From assembly GCA_937863565.1 (NCBI GenBank), contig CALMGJ010000029.1, positions 74,991 through 119,390 on the forward strand: a DNA stretch of 44,400 bases. The letters are read 5' to 3'. Positions within the stretch are counted from its first letter, which is position 1. Every line of letters starts with the position of its first letter. The DNA comes from an uncultured bacterium. GTDB lineage: Bacteria; AUK180. The translations under genes and the position numbers were made by a program. Positions 16,564-26,739 of the stretch are shown here, one piece after another. The notes below the pieces were generated by a model that was not told where the DNA came from, ran no database searches, and was given only the letters and a program-made list of their open reading frames with translations.

Positions 16564-17850
16564 TCACACCTCCCCGATGAACTCCCCGTCCTTTATTTTC
16601 AGAACAGCTTTTACGATATCCCCCTTTTTTATCCCTTTGCCTTTCAGTTTGAGCGAAAGGTCTATCCCGGGCGAATCCCTGAATGTCCTTCCCCTGTACG
16701 CTCCTTCGATAAAACCGTCCACTATGACCTTTTCCTTCCTGCTTTCGGGGAATGTAAGATATATCATATTTGTGATGATCTCCTCCAGTTCTGCGATCCT
16801 TTTCGAAGCGGTTTTTGGCGGCACGGGTTCAAGGTTCAGCGATCGGACAAGGTTGTTCTCGTCGAAGAACGGGAATACAGCGCAGCGGCCTATGGAGAAC
16901 TCCTCTAAAAATCCCTTCACCATATCATGCTCAGCCTCGGTCTCTGACGGATATCCTGTTATGAATGATGTCCTTATCTCGCCGCCCGAATCCTTGATAA
17001 GCCGGAAGGCCATTTTCAGTTCTTCCATATCGCACGGACGCCTCATAAGCTTCAGTATCCGCGGTGAAACATGCTGTAGCGGGATATCGAAGTACGGCAG
17101 GATCGTATTGAAGGACATGAATTTCTCTACAAAACGCCTATCCGTCGTATCGGGGTTCATATAATGGACCCTTACCCATTTAAAACCGCATTTATCTATT
17201 TGAGAAAGAAGCTCTAAAAGGGCTGAACGGCCCGAGATGTCTTTTCCGTAGTCGGTCGTATCCTGTGCTATGAGAATAAGTTCGGTAATGTTCATCCGTT
17301 GCAGTTCTTCCGCTTCCCTGAGCACTTCCTTCACGGTTTTGCTCCTGAGTTTCCCCTTTATTTCAGGTATCAGGCAGAATGCGCATTTGCGCGAACATCC
17401 TTCGGCGATCTTAAGATATGCGTAATGCTCGCCCTCGGCGAAAGCCCTCGGACATCCGGCATAAAGCCTGTCCCTGCTGCCGAAAATGAACTTGTCTTTC
17501 TTTCTGAAAAAGGTCCCGGGATCATCGTAAAGGTCTATCCCCCTGATAAGGTCAATCCCGCGGAGATATTCAGGATCGTCCTTGAACCGCTCCGCAAGGC
17601 AGCCAGTCACTATCACGTTCTTGACGATCCCTTTCTTCCGCAACTTAAGCGCTTCGCCGATGTGCTCAATGCTCTCCTCAACGGCCGGGCCGATAAAGGC
17701 GCAGGTATTGATCACATAGTGATCGGCATTCTTGGGTTCGAATACGATCTCGTACTTCCCGCTTTCGATGACCGATGCAACAAGGATCTGGGAATCCACT
17801 GAATTTCTGGGGCATCCGAGCGAAACGATGAAAACTTTTTCCTTATTCAT
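16564..17850 (-). CDS. rimO: Ribosomal protein S12 methylthiotransferase
   Basis: LGCPRN, NTCAFI, GCL, radical-SAM CSRKCAFC, IAQDTT; lies next to pgsA. Confidence 0.88.
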   Translation of the reverse strand: MNKEKVFIVSLGCPRNSVDSQILVASVIESGKYEIVFEPKNADHYVINTCAFIGPAVEESIEHIGEALKLRKKGIVKNVIVTGCLAERFKDDPEYLRGIDLIRGIDLYDDPGTFFRKKDKFIFGSRDRLYAGCPRAFAEGEHYAYLKIAEGCSRKCAFCLIPEIKGKLRSKTVKEVLREAEELQRMNITELILIAQDTTDYGKDISGRSALLELLSQIDKCGFKWVRVHYMNPDTTDRRFVEKFMSFNTILPYFDIPLQHVSPRILKLMRRPCDMEELKMAFRLIKDSGGEIRTSFITGYPSETEAEHDMVKGFLEEFSIGRCAVFPFFDENNLVRSLNLEPVPPKTASKRIAELEEIITNMIYLTFPESRKEKVIVDGFIEGAYRGRTFRDSPGIDLSLKLKGKGIKKGDIVKAVLKIKDGEFIGEV

Positions 17851-18499
17851 CGCTTATCCGGAAAAGTTCCCTGATCTTCTTCTCGCTGTATTCCGGGAAA
17901 GTTATCCCGTTGATCCTGAAATGCAGTATTCTTTTATCCCTGCCTAGAAAAGCGATCTCCGAAAGAGCGAAATTCCTCTTCTTTATTATAAATTCGACAT
18001 ATTCGAACTCGAATGTCTCATCTTTGGGAACAAGACGCACAAGATAATCATTCTCGCTGTTCCGGAAAACGGTTTTATCGAAATATGTCCACTTCTTCTC
18101 GTCCGGGACAAGATAGGCCAGACTTTCATCATATGTATCGTATTCCGAAAGTTTCGTCCTGCCGTCGTCGGTATATTCATAGATGATCTTCCTGCCATTG
18201 GAGATGTAGCGGTCCTTGGTTTCGTTCTTGAGCTCCAGCATGAAAAGATTTGTCCTTAATCTGTAGAGCGCTTTTCCCTTGAAATCGTTCCACTTCCCGA
18301 GAAACGGGATGAACACCTTCTCCTCGAAACCGAGTTCAATAAGATCGATCTTCTGAAAATATTTATAAAGACTTTGAAGGAACACGGCGCTGTCGCCTTC
18401 CCCGCACGGAAAGAACCTGTCATCCTTCAACGTGAAAGCGGAAAGGATGAAAAACAGGATCAGAATCCCTTTTGCAATTTTTCCTTTAAGGCGGTCCAT
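17843..18499 (-). CDS. LolA-like outer-membrane lipoprotein carrier protein
   Basis: N-terminal hydrophobic segment, YISNGRKI, LRLVPK-like strand; position immediately downstream of ftsK. Confidence 0.6.
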   Translation of the reverse strand: MDRLKGKIAKGILILFFILSAFTLKDDRFFPCGEGDSAVFLQSLYKYFQKIDLIELGFEEKVFIPFLGKWNDFKGKALYRLRTNLFMLELKNETKDRYISNGRKIIYEYTDDGRTKLSEYDTYDESLAYLVPDEKKWTYFDKTVFRNSENDYLVRLVPKDETFEFEYVEFIIKKRNFALSEIAFLGRDKRILHFRINGITFPEYSEKKIRELFRISDE

Positions 18500-20640
18500 T
18501 GGTCTTGTGTGATCATCATCTCCCTTTTGCCTGATTTGCCTTTATCGGAGATGATGTTCTTCTCCTCCATAAGATTAATTATTCGTGCCGCGCGGTTGAA
18601 CCCTATTTTATACATTGTCTGCAGATATGAGGTCGCAGGAGGTTTGCCGGTCTTAAGGAAAAGTTCCACGGCATCAAAGAACAGGTCATCGTCGATCCCC
18701 CCCGTACCGTTCGATCTGCTTTCCGCTTTTTCAGTGCTGAGAAGCTTCGCCTCCCAATCCGGGATATACGCATCCTCCATACCGCACCAGAATTTAACGA
18801 TCCGGAGGGTCTCATTGTCCTTCGGAAGCGGGGCCTGTGCTCTGGTAAGATCGCTCGACCCCGGGGGAATATAAAGAAGGTCTCCCTTGCCGAGAAGGGC
18901 TTCCGCCCCGTTCTTATCGAATATCGTGCGGGAATCTACCTTGGATGCCACCCTGAATCCCATCCTTACCGGGAAATTAGATTTGATCACTCCCGTAATG
19001 ATGTCCACAGAAGGCCTCTGGGTGGCAAGGATCAGATGAATGCCGACGGCGCGGGCCAGCTGTGCGAGGCGTGCTATCGATGTTTCCACTTCCGTTCGCG
19101 ATACTATCATAAGATCCGCAAGCTCGTCGATTATCACTACGATATAGGGAAGTTTCCCGATCCCTTCCGTTTCGTTCTTGTTCTCTTCTACGAATTTATT
19201 GAATTTTTCAATATGCTCAAAACCGTAATCCGCCATTATCTTGTACCGGAGCGTCATCCTCTCGACCATCTCGGCAAGTTTCTGCGCGGCATCCTTAGGT
19301 TCGACGACAATATTGCACAGAAGATGGGGAATGCGGCCGAATTTTGTCATTTCGACCCGTTTCGGGTCTATGAGCAGCATTCTCATCTCCGCAGGCGAAT
19401 ACTGCATGAGAAAGAAATCGATGATCGATTTTATCATAACGGATTTTCCGGACCCGGTCGAACCGGCTATAAGGAGGTGCGGCATCTCTTCAAGGCGGCC
19501 GACGATATAACTTCCGTCGATCGTACAGCCGATACCGAAACGCAATCTCCCTCCGGCTGACGAATATTCCTTCGTTTCGAATATCTCCCGGAGAGAGATC
19601 ATCCGGATGCTGTCATTGGGGATCTCAACGCCGACAGCCTGTTTTCCGGGTATCGGTGCGATGATCCTCACAGGGGATTTTGCCAGCGCATAGGCGATAT
19701 CGTTCTCCAGAGATGCGATCTGGCTTACCCTCTGCCCCGATGCAAGCGTGATCTCATACCGCGTAACATTAGGACCTTTAATATAATTATGCAGCTCAGC
19801 CTCTATTCCGAGGCTCCGGAGTTTCTCTATAAGAAGCTTTCCCGTTCTTTCAAGGGCATCGGCATCCGTCTTTATATTGCCCTTCGAAGGAGGCTCAAGA
19901 ATATCAAGGGGAGGAAGTGGCATTGAAGCAGGCATCTTCTCGGGCGGCGGCGGGGCAGGCGGCTCTTTTTTCTCCTTGATCTTCTTTTTCGGCACAGGCG
20001 GAGGGGTTGTCCTCTTCTCTTTTCTCTTAACCCTTTTCAGGTCCTTCCTCTCCTTCGTTGCTTTTTCCCGCTCAAGCTTCCGTTCCTTCATCAAAGCCAT
20101 GGCATTGAAGAACCTGTTCTTGATGAAAGTCCAGAAGGTCCTTAAAAGGAAATTGCTCAAAAGGAATGCGCTGAGGATGAGAAGGAGAACGGAAACGATG
20201 ACGGTTCCGGAGTTGCCGGCCGCTTTAAAAAGGAAATATGCGGAATACCAGCCTATGAAACCGGTTGCAAGTATCATCCCTTCCTTTTCATCAAGACCGG
20301 TATGAAAAGAACCGCTTTTGATAAGCGCGGTCAGCACTGAAAGGGAAAGCACGAGGGAGAACATCCCGATAAAATCCTTTAAAACCGCGGATTCGCTTTT
20401 AAAAAGCTTCACTGCGATATATATTAGAAAAACGGGAATGAGAAGCGCCGGCCAGCCGAAAACGAATTTCAGGAAATATGCGAGCACGGTCCCTATACGC
20501 CCTATCAGCGGGTAATCTCCGGCCTCATTGCTCACGATGGGATTATTCGATGCCTTGTACGTGAAAAGCCCGAATCCCAGATATACGGCAAGAAGGAAGA
20601 CGAGTATCGCTATGAATTCCCGTTTCTGTTCTTCCTTCAT
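18460..20640 (-). CDS. ftsK: DNA translocase FtsK/SpoIIIE
   Basis: N-terminal TMs, PHLLIAGSTGSGKS, IDPKRVE, IDELADLM, ATQRPS, gamma domain IGFNRAAR. Start at 20640 after GGAGG. Confidence 0.95.
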   Translation of the reverse strand: MKEEQKREFIAILVFLLAVYLGFGLFTYKASNNPIVSNEAGDYPLIGRIGTVLAYFLKFVFGWPALLIPVFLIYIAVKLFKSESAVLKDFIGMFSLVLSLSVLTALIKSGSFHTGLDEKEGMILATGFIGWYSAYFLFKAAGNSGTVIVSVLLLILSAFLLSNFLLRTFWTFIKNRFFNAMALMKERKLEREKATKERKDLKRVKRKEKRTTPPPVPKKKIKEKKEPPAPPPPEKMPASMPLPPLDILEPPSKGNIKTDADALERTGKLLIEKLRSLGIEAELHNYIKGPNVTRYEITLASGQRVSQIASLENDIAYALAKSPVRIIAPIPGKQAVGVEIPNDSIRMISLREIFETKEYSSAGGRLRFGIGCTIDGSYIVGRLEEMPHLLIAGSTGSGKSVMIKSIIDFFLMQYSPAEMRMLLIDPKRVEMTKFGRIPHLLCNIVVEPKDAAQKLAEMVERMTLRYKIMADYGFEHIEKFNKFVEENKNETEGIGKLPYIVVIIDELADLMIVSRTEVETSIARLAQLARAVGIHLILATQRPSVDIITGVIKSNFPVRMGFRVASKVDSRTIFDKNGAEALLGKGDLLYIPPGSSDLTRAQAPLPKDNETLRIVKFWCGMEDAYIPDWEAKLLSTEKAESRSNGTGGIDDDLFFDAVELFLKTGKPPATSYLQTMYKIGFNRAARIINLMEEKNIISDKGKSGKREMMITQDQWTALKEKLQKGF

Positions 20641-21428
20641 AAAAACGCCTCCGAGAAGAGCACGGCAATACCCGCGCATACGGCATAGATACCGAAGATA
20701 TGATATTTTTGGGACATGATGGTACGCTTAAGCAGTTTCAAAGCGAAATACCCGCTTGCAAAAGCAGCGAGGAAGCCGGCGGCATAAAGATGGAAAGGAA
20801 GCGTTGCAGCGCCCTGAGTTGAAGAACCCTTCAGATCAAGGACGAAAGCGCCTATTATTATCGGCACGGCTGCGAAGAACGAATATCTGTAAGCCGTTTC
20901 CGGAGCAGTTCCCCGTATCATCGCCGACATGATCGTAGAACCGGACCTCGATACGCCCGGAAGCGCGGCAAACGCCTGGAATACCCCTATCAGAAAGGCA
21001 TCGAAGCTGTCAGGTTTGCGGACGCTGCCGGTATTTTTTTTTATAAGCGTTTGTGCGATCAGATTGATCACCCCCGTGGCTATCAGGCAGATCCCCACCA
21101 TAGTAAGTGAAGCGAAAGCATTCTTTATGATATCCTTGAAAAGGAGAACGGGGATCACCGTAACAACGGTTGTTATGAAAAGATTGAGAAAAAACCGGAC
21201 GTCCTTTTTAATGAATGCCGTTTCACAAATATCCCTTCCGAATACCGTGAGCACGGCGAATACGGTTCCCATATGGAGCACGATAATGTAGAAAAGATCG
21301 TTGCCGGGTCTTGGAAAGAATCTGCCGATGACGGCCAGATGGCCCGAAGATGAAACGGGAAGGAATTCAGAGGCTCCCTGGACAATTCCCATTGCCAGGG
21401 AGCTTATAAGATCTTTTAAAAACGGCAT
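20637..21428 (-). CDS. uppP: Undecaprenyl-diphosphate phosphatase
   Basis: QGASEFLPVSSSGH, PGVSRSGST. Confidence 0.93.
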   Translation of the reverse strand: MPFLKDLISSLAMGIVQGASEFLPVSSSGHLAVIGRFFPRPGNDLFYIIVLHMGTVFAVLTVFGRDICETAFIKKDVRFFLNLFITTVVTVIPVLLFKDIIKNAFASLTMVGICLIATGVINLIAQTLIKKNTGSVRKPDSFDAFLIGVFQAFAALPGVSRSGSTIMSAMIRGTAPETAYRYSFFAAVPIIIGAFVLDLKGSSTQGAATLPFHLYAAGFLAAFASGYFALKLLKRTIMSQKYHIFGIYAVCAGIAVLFSEAFL

Positions 21429-22757
21429 TTACTGGTGTTTACCCTGCTCTTTTATCTTTTTGCAGTTCTCGTCGATATCCTTGTCGTACTTGAGTTTGAG
21501 ATATTTCTGGCCCGTATTGTACGCTTCCTTGAGCTGACCGTTGGCCATATAAGCATAATGCAGGCCCATGAGGGAAGGTTTGAAATCGGATTTGTATTTC
21601 AGGGCGAGCTGATAATTATTGATAGCCCTCGCGAAATTCGGTTTTTCGCTTCTCATGTAAGCATTGGCCAGGTTATGATAGATGGAATAATCGGGATTGC
21701 CCTGGGATTCGGAGATAACGATGCAGCGGGCATAATAATTTATAGCTTCCGGATAATTCTTCAGGTCCATATAGGCGTCAGCGATCATCACCAGGGTATT
21801 CACATCGGCTTCGGCGATCTCTTCGGCCTGCTTCATATACTTGAGCCCCTCCGATGTCTTTCCCGAAAGCGTGAGGGCGCGGCCGTAGCCGAGGAAACCC
21901 ACTGCCTGGTCGGGATATTTATCGATCATTCTCTTGAAGACCTCAAGGGCCTTCGTATAATCCTTATTGTTCAAAGCGTCCTGGCCGAGCCAGCCGAGTA
22001 TAGTAGGATCGTCGCCCCCGAGTTTCTCCAGCTCTTTCATTTCAGCAAGGAGGTCTTCCTTCGAAGCATTCATGCTGTTCATGACCTGGATCTTAAGTTT
22101 CCTGTATGTGATGTTCTTGGGTTCCGCCGCTATCTTCTCGTTAAGCACTTCAAGCGCTTTATCGAATCTGTTCGTCTGGGTGTAGATATTGATCAGCTGC
22201 TTCGACATGTCTTCCTGGTATTCAGGGAACTCGATGGCTTTCAAGGCGGCATCTTCCGCCTTGTCATACTCTTTGGCACCGTAGTAGATGATGAAAAGGT
22301 TGTAATAGGCGGCTGCCTGGTTCTTTTTAATGCTCTCTTCTTTCTCCTGCTTCAGGTTCCTGACCGCAATGGCTTTTTCCAGGTACATCTTGGCCATATT
22401 GTAGTATTCCGTCACCTTCGCTTCGTCTGATACCCCCTTTGTCTTGTTCATACAGAAAATACCCAGCTGGAGAAATCCGTAAGTGGTCTCTTCCCTGTCC
22501 ACTGATTTTTTGAACCACTCGATAGCGCCGTCGATATTGTCCCTTTTGTATTCGATGAGTCCCAGTTTGAAATAAGCATTGAGGAAGTCGGGAGAACTGT
22601 CAATGACCTTCTTGAAGTATTTTACGGCTTCGTCGATATCGCCCTGTTCTTCTGCTTTCAAAGCATTCTTCCAGTATCTTTGGGAAAGTTCGCCCCATCC
22701 GAACATCGTGCTGGATGCCAGTAAAAAAACGAACATCGCTAAAAGAAATCTCTTCAT
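21429..22757 (-). CDS. Exported tetratricopeptide repeat protein
   Basis: Signal peptide followed by multiple TPR-like helical repeats. Confidence 0.85.
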   Translation of the reverse strand: MKRFLLAMFVFLLASSTMFGWGELSQRYWKNALKAEEQGDIDEAVKYFKKVIDSSPDFLNAYFKLGLIEYKRDNIDGAIEWFKKSVDREETTYGFLQLGIFCMNKTKGVSDEAKVTEYYNMAKMYLEKAIAVRNLKQEKEESIKKNQAAAYYNLFIIYYGAKEYDKAEDAALKAIEFPEYQEDMSKQLINIYTQTNRFDKALEVLNEKIAAEPKNITYRKLKIQVMNSMNASKEDLLAEMKELEKLGGDDPTILGWLGQDALNNKDYTKALEVFKRMIDKYPDQAVGFLGYGRALTLSGKTSEGLKYMKQAEEIAEADVNTLVMIADAYMDLKNYPEAINYYARCIVISESQGNPDYSIYHNLANAYMRSEKPNFARAINNYQLALKYKSDFKPSLMGLHYAYMANGQLKEAYNTGQKYLKLKYDKDIDENCKKIKEQGKHQ

Positions 22758-22768
22758 ACAAAACTCCT

Positions 22769-22864
22769 TTATGTGTTCTTCTTTTTATGCCTGTTTGCTC
22801 TTCTTCTTTTTTTCCTTTTGTGTTTTTTAACCTTCAAAAGTTTTCTTTTTCTTCCAGATGGCAT
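22769..22864 (-). CDS. Small basic AURKAIP1/COX24-domain (bS22/mS38-like) ribosomal protein
   Basis: Manual translation MPSGRKRKLLKVKKHKRKKRRRANRHKKKNT (31 aa), with GGAGG SD; below the ORF-track cutoff. Confidence 0.85.
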   Translation of the reverse strand: MPSGRKRKLLKVKKHKRKKRRRANRHKKKNT

Positions 22865-22890
22865 ATAAACCTCCATGAAAAAATTTGTTT

Positions 22891-22918
22891 ATTATACCAT
22901 TTTTTCGCATTAATTCAA
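22891..22918 (-). promoter_or_regulatory. sigma70 promoter upstream of small basic protein/TPR/uppP/ftsK cluster
   Basis: TTGAAT-16 bp-TATAAT with extended TG on the minus strand. Confidence 0.6.
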
Positions 22919-24639
22919 TGAATAAATGCAAATTTAACAAGCTTTTCAAAGAACACGGTATCTTTTTCTAAACTTATATGAACAAAATATATGCCAGATC
23001 GCATATTTGTCCCATCATCAAGTACCTTATTAATAATGAACGAATCCGCGACAGCATCCCCTTCCGTGATTTTTGGAGCAAAACGGTACACAAGATCTCC
23101 CGATGCGGAAAATATTGAACACTCGGCGGAAAAACCCTCTCCGATATTTTCAATGCTGATTATCGAATCACGGGCAGCGGCCGGGTTCGGAAATACCCTT
23201 ACTTCGGGTCCATCGGCGGTGAGGGAGCTTTTCTTAAGGCGGAAATCCCTCCTTACCGTATCCCCTTCGACCGTAAAACAGAAATACTGGGCCTGATAAT
23301 CCTTTTTTGAAACGGCCAGGGTGTGCTCTCCGTCCGCAAGCGCCCAGTAATACTGGCCGTTCGGGCGGTTCGTTCTTTGTGCAACAAGCGAATATCCGTT
23401 CAGGTCGGTTATCTTTATATTGACGCCTTCCAGAGGAAGTCCCGTTTCATCGTCGTATATATAGCCGCTGATATAATTCTTCATGAAGCATCCGAAGAAC
23501 TCTTTCAATCCTTTGTAATTCTCCGTTTTTAATGTCTCAACCTCGCTCCAAAGCGGATGGAATTCATCTCCCATCTCAACAGTGAAGGAAAATGTCCCGA
23601 GTTGCCCGTAAAGGTAATCATCGCCGTCCCCGGAAGCCGGGTAAAGGCCGGAGCTCTTTTCGGCAAAATACTTCGAGTAACCGTCCAGGGACCCGATCTT
23701 CTGCGCGATATTGTACGCGATCCAGCTCAGCCGATCCTGATCGGGCGCTATTGCAGAACTTGAATAACCGAAAGGATAGAGCACAAGTTCTCCGTAAGTA
23801 TGATAAGAGATCGAAGCGATCGGATTTACCTGCTCCGCGAAATCCCTCACGGCCTGGGTTTCATATTCCGAGAATCCTGCCGAACCGGGATAGACTTCAC
23901 TGTAATAATAGGGGGATGTTCCCGATTCGGCGAAATGCCAATCGTAGTTCCTGTTCAGATCGACGCCGTCGTATAAGCCGGCATAAGAACAATCGTCGTC
24001 ATTGTCCCTCGTATTCTTACGCCACATAATGTCCGCACCTTTATAAACCACTTCCCTGCCGTCGGGGTTTACCATTGGTATGAAATAGAGCTGATATCCG
24101 GTTAAAAGCCCGGTCACAAAGGTATCCCCTGCCGAATATTCGTCAATAAGTTCCGAAATGAATGATATCACGATCTCCGATGTTTCAAGTTCCCTTGCAT
24201 GATGTTCTCCCATGATGAGAAAGACGGGACGCGTATCGTCGGATGAAACATCCGCGCAGAGCTTCACCGCCCAGATATCCCTCCGGACATAGTTCGAATT
24301 CGTCCCGAAGGCGACGCGCTCATAGCTGTCGCCGATATCGGATACGGAAACAAGTGCGGGATATGAATCGGACAAGGCGTTCAATACGGACAGGATCCCG
24401 TCATATGACGAATATCCGGAAAGATCGTCATTGTATCTGAGAAGCACGGGAGATAAGCCGCTTTTCACAGTGAGTGATCTCAGTTCATCCTCATTGACAA
24501 TATAGTCCGTAAAATCAGGACCGATGAACGCGATATCGAGTTCGGGGCGGAGCCTGGCATCATGGACCCTTATCCAGAACTTCTCTGAGAACACCGGAAG
24601 AATCAGGAAGATGAAAAACACAAGGATTATTTTCTTCAT
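22915..24639 (-). CDS. Secreted M14 zinc carboxypeptidase (carboxypeptidase T-like) with C-terminal beta domains
   Basis: HHARE, NPDG, WRKN, GVDLNRNY, YHTYG, FTVEM; signal peptide; C-terminal VFPNP...GIYFV segment. Confidence 0.9.
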   Translation of the reverse strand: MKKIILVFFIFLILPVFSEKFWIRVHDARLRPELDIAFIGPDFTDYIVNEDELRSLTVKSGLSPVLLRYNDDLSGYSSYDGILSVLNALSDSYPALVSVSDIGDSYERVAFGTNSNYVRRDIWAVKLCADVSSDDTRPVFLIMGEHHARELETSEIVISFISELIDEYSAGDTFVTGLLTGYQLYFIPMVNPDGREVVYKGADIMWRKNTRDNDDDCSYAGLYDGVDLNRNYDWHFAESGTSPYYYSEVYPGSAGFSEYETQAVRDFAEQVNPIASISYHTYGELVLYPFGYSSSAIAPDQDRLSWIAYNIAQKIGSLDGYSKYFAEKSSGLYPASGDGDDYLYGQLGTFSFTVEMGDEFHPLWSEVETLKTENYKGLKEFFGCFMKNYISGYIYDDETGLPLEGVNIKITDLNGYSLVAQRTNRPNGQYYWALADGEHTLAVSKKDYQAQYFCFTVEGDTVRRDFRLKKSSLTADGPEVRVFPNPAAARDSIISIENIGEGFSAECSIFSASGDLVYRFAPKITEGDAVADSFIINKVLDDGTNMRSGIYFVHISLEKDTVFFEKLVKFAFIH

Positions 24640-24710
24640 CATTTCATTATACCACAAATTATTGGCAATGCAGTAATTTTCTCATGGGAATTTTCCGGAT
24701 AAAAGCGATT

Positions 24711-24739
24711 TTGTTAAATACCGTAAAATAGGTTATAAT
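24711..24739 (+). promoter_or_regulatory. Leaderless sigma70 promoter of glycosyltransferase
   Basis: TTGTTA-17 bp-TATAAT, with the GTG start 5 nt downstream. Confidence 0.55.
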
Positions 24740-24744
24740 TCCAC

Positions 24745-25833
24745 GTGAAAAAACATCTGGTCTTATCAGGGCTCAATCCCAAATCAGGAGGCGGGATATC
24801 CGCCATAACGGCATCTTTCCTCGAATATTTTTCCAGCACCTTCGATATACATTTTTTATACCCTTTTACGCGGGGCCGAAGGACATCTTCCGGGATCAAA
24901 GGCATCAGGGAGACCGAATGCCTGAAACTCCCCGGAACACCGAGGGAAAAACAATCCTTTCTGCTCTCCCTTTACTCACTGAAAGCGGATATCCACCAGG
25001 CTATCGGCGGGACCTCGTTCGAGGCATTGCCTTTCCATGTCAAAAGGCTTCCGTATTTTCTTTGGACCGCAACAACGCTCAAAAGTGAAAAACAGACTCA
25101 GGGGATCAGTGTGAGCGAGGCACAACTGGGACTCGAGAAAGTGCTGTACCGGAGCGCCGTGAAAGTATTTACTATATCAAACGCCGCGAAAAAGGAGATC
25201 GAATCGATCTCGGAGAGGAGCGATATCGTTCTGCTCCCGCCGCCTGTCAAGGATATTTTCCTGGCGCTTGAAAGGAAAAGACCGCGCGAAAAGACCATAC
25301 TTTTCACCGGACGTCTCAATGACCGGAGGAAAAACATCGGGTTTCTTCTTGATATTTTCAAGGGATATGCAAAAGAGCATCCTGAAACGAAACTTCTGCT
25401 GATCAGTCAGTTCCCTCCCGAAGAGGATATGATGAAAAGAATAAACGCCCTCGGTGATAAAGTCATCATTAAAATAGGAGAAAAGGACATTATCCCCTAT
25501 TATAAGAATGCATCCGTATTCTTTCTCCCGTCTCACCAGGAAGGTTTCGGCATCGCGCTGGCCGAAGCGATGGCGGCAGGCATACCGGTCATCGTGACTA
25601 AATGCGGAGGACCTGAGGATATCGTGCGGCACGGAGAGAACGGATTTCTGCTTGAACGAGGAGATGCTCAGGGTGCGGTAAAGTACCTTGACATCATGCT
25701 CAATGATCAAGATGAAAGTGAAAGGCTCGGAAGGGCAGGAAAGGAGTTCATCCGTAATTACCTTTCGAAGGACAGGATATTCTCCGTTATCGGCAGCGAA
25801 TATAATGTCTTTTTACAAAGCGGGAACAAGTGA
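24745..25833 (+). CDS. Glycosyltransferase family 4
   Basis: FTGRL...KN, PSHQEGFGIALAEAMAAGIPVI. Confidence 0.92.
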   Translation: MKKHLVLSGLNPKSGGGISAITASFLEYFSSTFDIHFLYPFTRGRRTSSGIKGIRETECLKLPGTPREKQSFLLSLYSLKADIHQAIGGTSFEALPFHVKRLPYFLWTATTLKSEKQTQGISVSEAQLGLEKVLYRSAVKVFTISNAAKKEIESISERSDIVLLPPPVKDIFLALERKRPREKTILFTGRLNDRRKNIGFLLDIFKGYAKEHPETKLLLISQFPPEEDMMKRINALGDKVIIKIGEKDIIPYYKNASVFFLPSHQEGFGIALAEAMAAGIPVIVTKCGGPEDIVRHGENGFLLERGDAQGAVKYLDIMLNDQDESERLGRAGKEFIRNYLSKDRIFSVIGSEYNVFLQSGNK

Positions 25834-25921
25834 GAACATCTATCCCGAAGACAGGCCAGTCAAAAAAGAGCGTTCCCCCGGACGGACGGCGGGAGTTGCG
25901 GGAAAAGGAAAGGAGTTGAAA

Positions 25922-26686
25922 ATGCTCATCGATGATATTAAGCAATGCATAAAAAGGGTAAGGGTTGCAGCCGACCTTAATTATCCGGTTTATCTGACGG
26001 AGAAGAACGGTTCTTTTTTAAGACCTTTCTGCATTCTCTATCAGATTATCTCGGTCCTTTTCTACAGGTTTGTCGGAAGAAGGATGGAATATTTCGTAAA
26101 TGAACGGATCGTTGAGATACCTTTCGTTTTCAAGAACCTCGGCCGGATCACCGGAGGGAAGGTCCTGGATTTCGGAAATAATGACAGCCTTTTCACTTTT
26201 CACCTTGCATCGACGGGTTTTAAAGTGACCGGCGCGGACCTTTTTGAATACGGCTTTAATCATCCCAATATCGAATTTAAAAAGGGGGATTTCCTCAAGA
26301 ACGAATTCGAACAGGGTTCTTACGATGCGGCGCTTGCCATATCCGCACTCGAACATGTCGGTCTGAAAGCATACCGGTCGGACCTTTATAAGAACGGCGA
26401 CCTCGCGGTCTCAGCCAAGGTCAGGACGCTTCTCAAGCCGGGCGGGATCTTTATCATCACGATGCCCTACGGTACTGAACACGAAGACAATTTTCTTCGA
26501 ATATACGATAAAAAAAGAGTTGAACTGCTGATCAAGGATTTCACCGTTGCCGAGAAAAGGTTCTATATACGAGATCATGCTATGGGAAATTGGCATGAAG
26601 CCGATGAAGAAACGGCGGGGAAGGTGCGGTATTCAAGAAATAGAGGCGTTGATTGCGTGATCTGCCTGGCATGTATCGCCTCTTGA
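25922..26686 (+). CDS. Class I SAM-dependent methyltransferase (DUF268-like)
   Basis: ERIVEIPF, VLDFG, ISALEHVGL, LKPGG. Start at ATG 25922 after AAGGAG. Confidence 0.8.
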   Translation: MLIDDIKQCIKRVRVAADLNYPVYLTEKNGSFLRPFCILYQIISVLFYRFVGRRMEYFVNERIVEIPFVFKNLGRITGGKVLDFGNNDSLFTFHLASTGFKVTGADLFEYGFNHPNIEFKKGDFLKNEFEQGSYDAALAISALEHVGLKAYRSDLYKNGDLAVSAKVRTLLKPGGIFIITMPYGTEHEDNFLRIYDKKRVELLIKDFTVAEKRFYIRDHAMGNWHEADEETAGKVRYSRNRGVDCVICLACIAS

Positions 26687-26710
26687 CTTTAAATTTTAAA
26701 AGTATATCAT
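26683..26710 (+). promoter_or_regulatory. Putative sigma70 promoter of aminotransferase
   Basis: TTGACT-16 bp-TATCAT. Confidence 0.5.
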
Positions 26711-26739
26711 AAGTTTTCAAACTTTCACAGGAGAGCGAT

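Noticed and set aside
21435-22430. 331-aa plus-strand ORF and other long antisense ORFs (7417, 9452, 10992, 16285)
   Set aside because: Each is antisense to a well-supported gene and is typical of codon-bias shadow ORFs.
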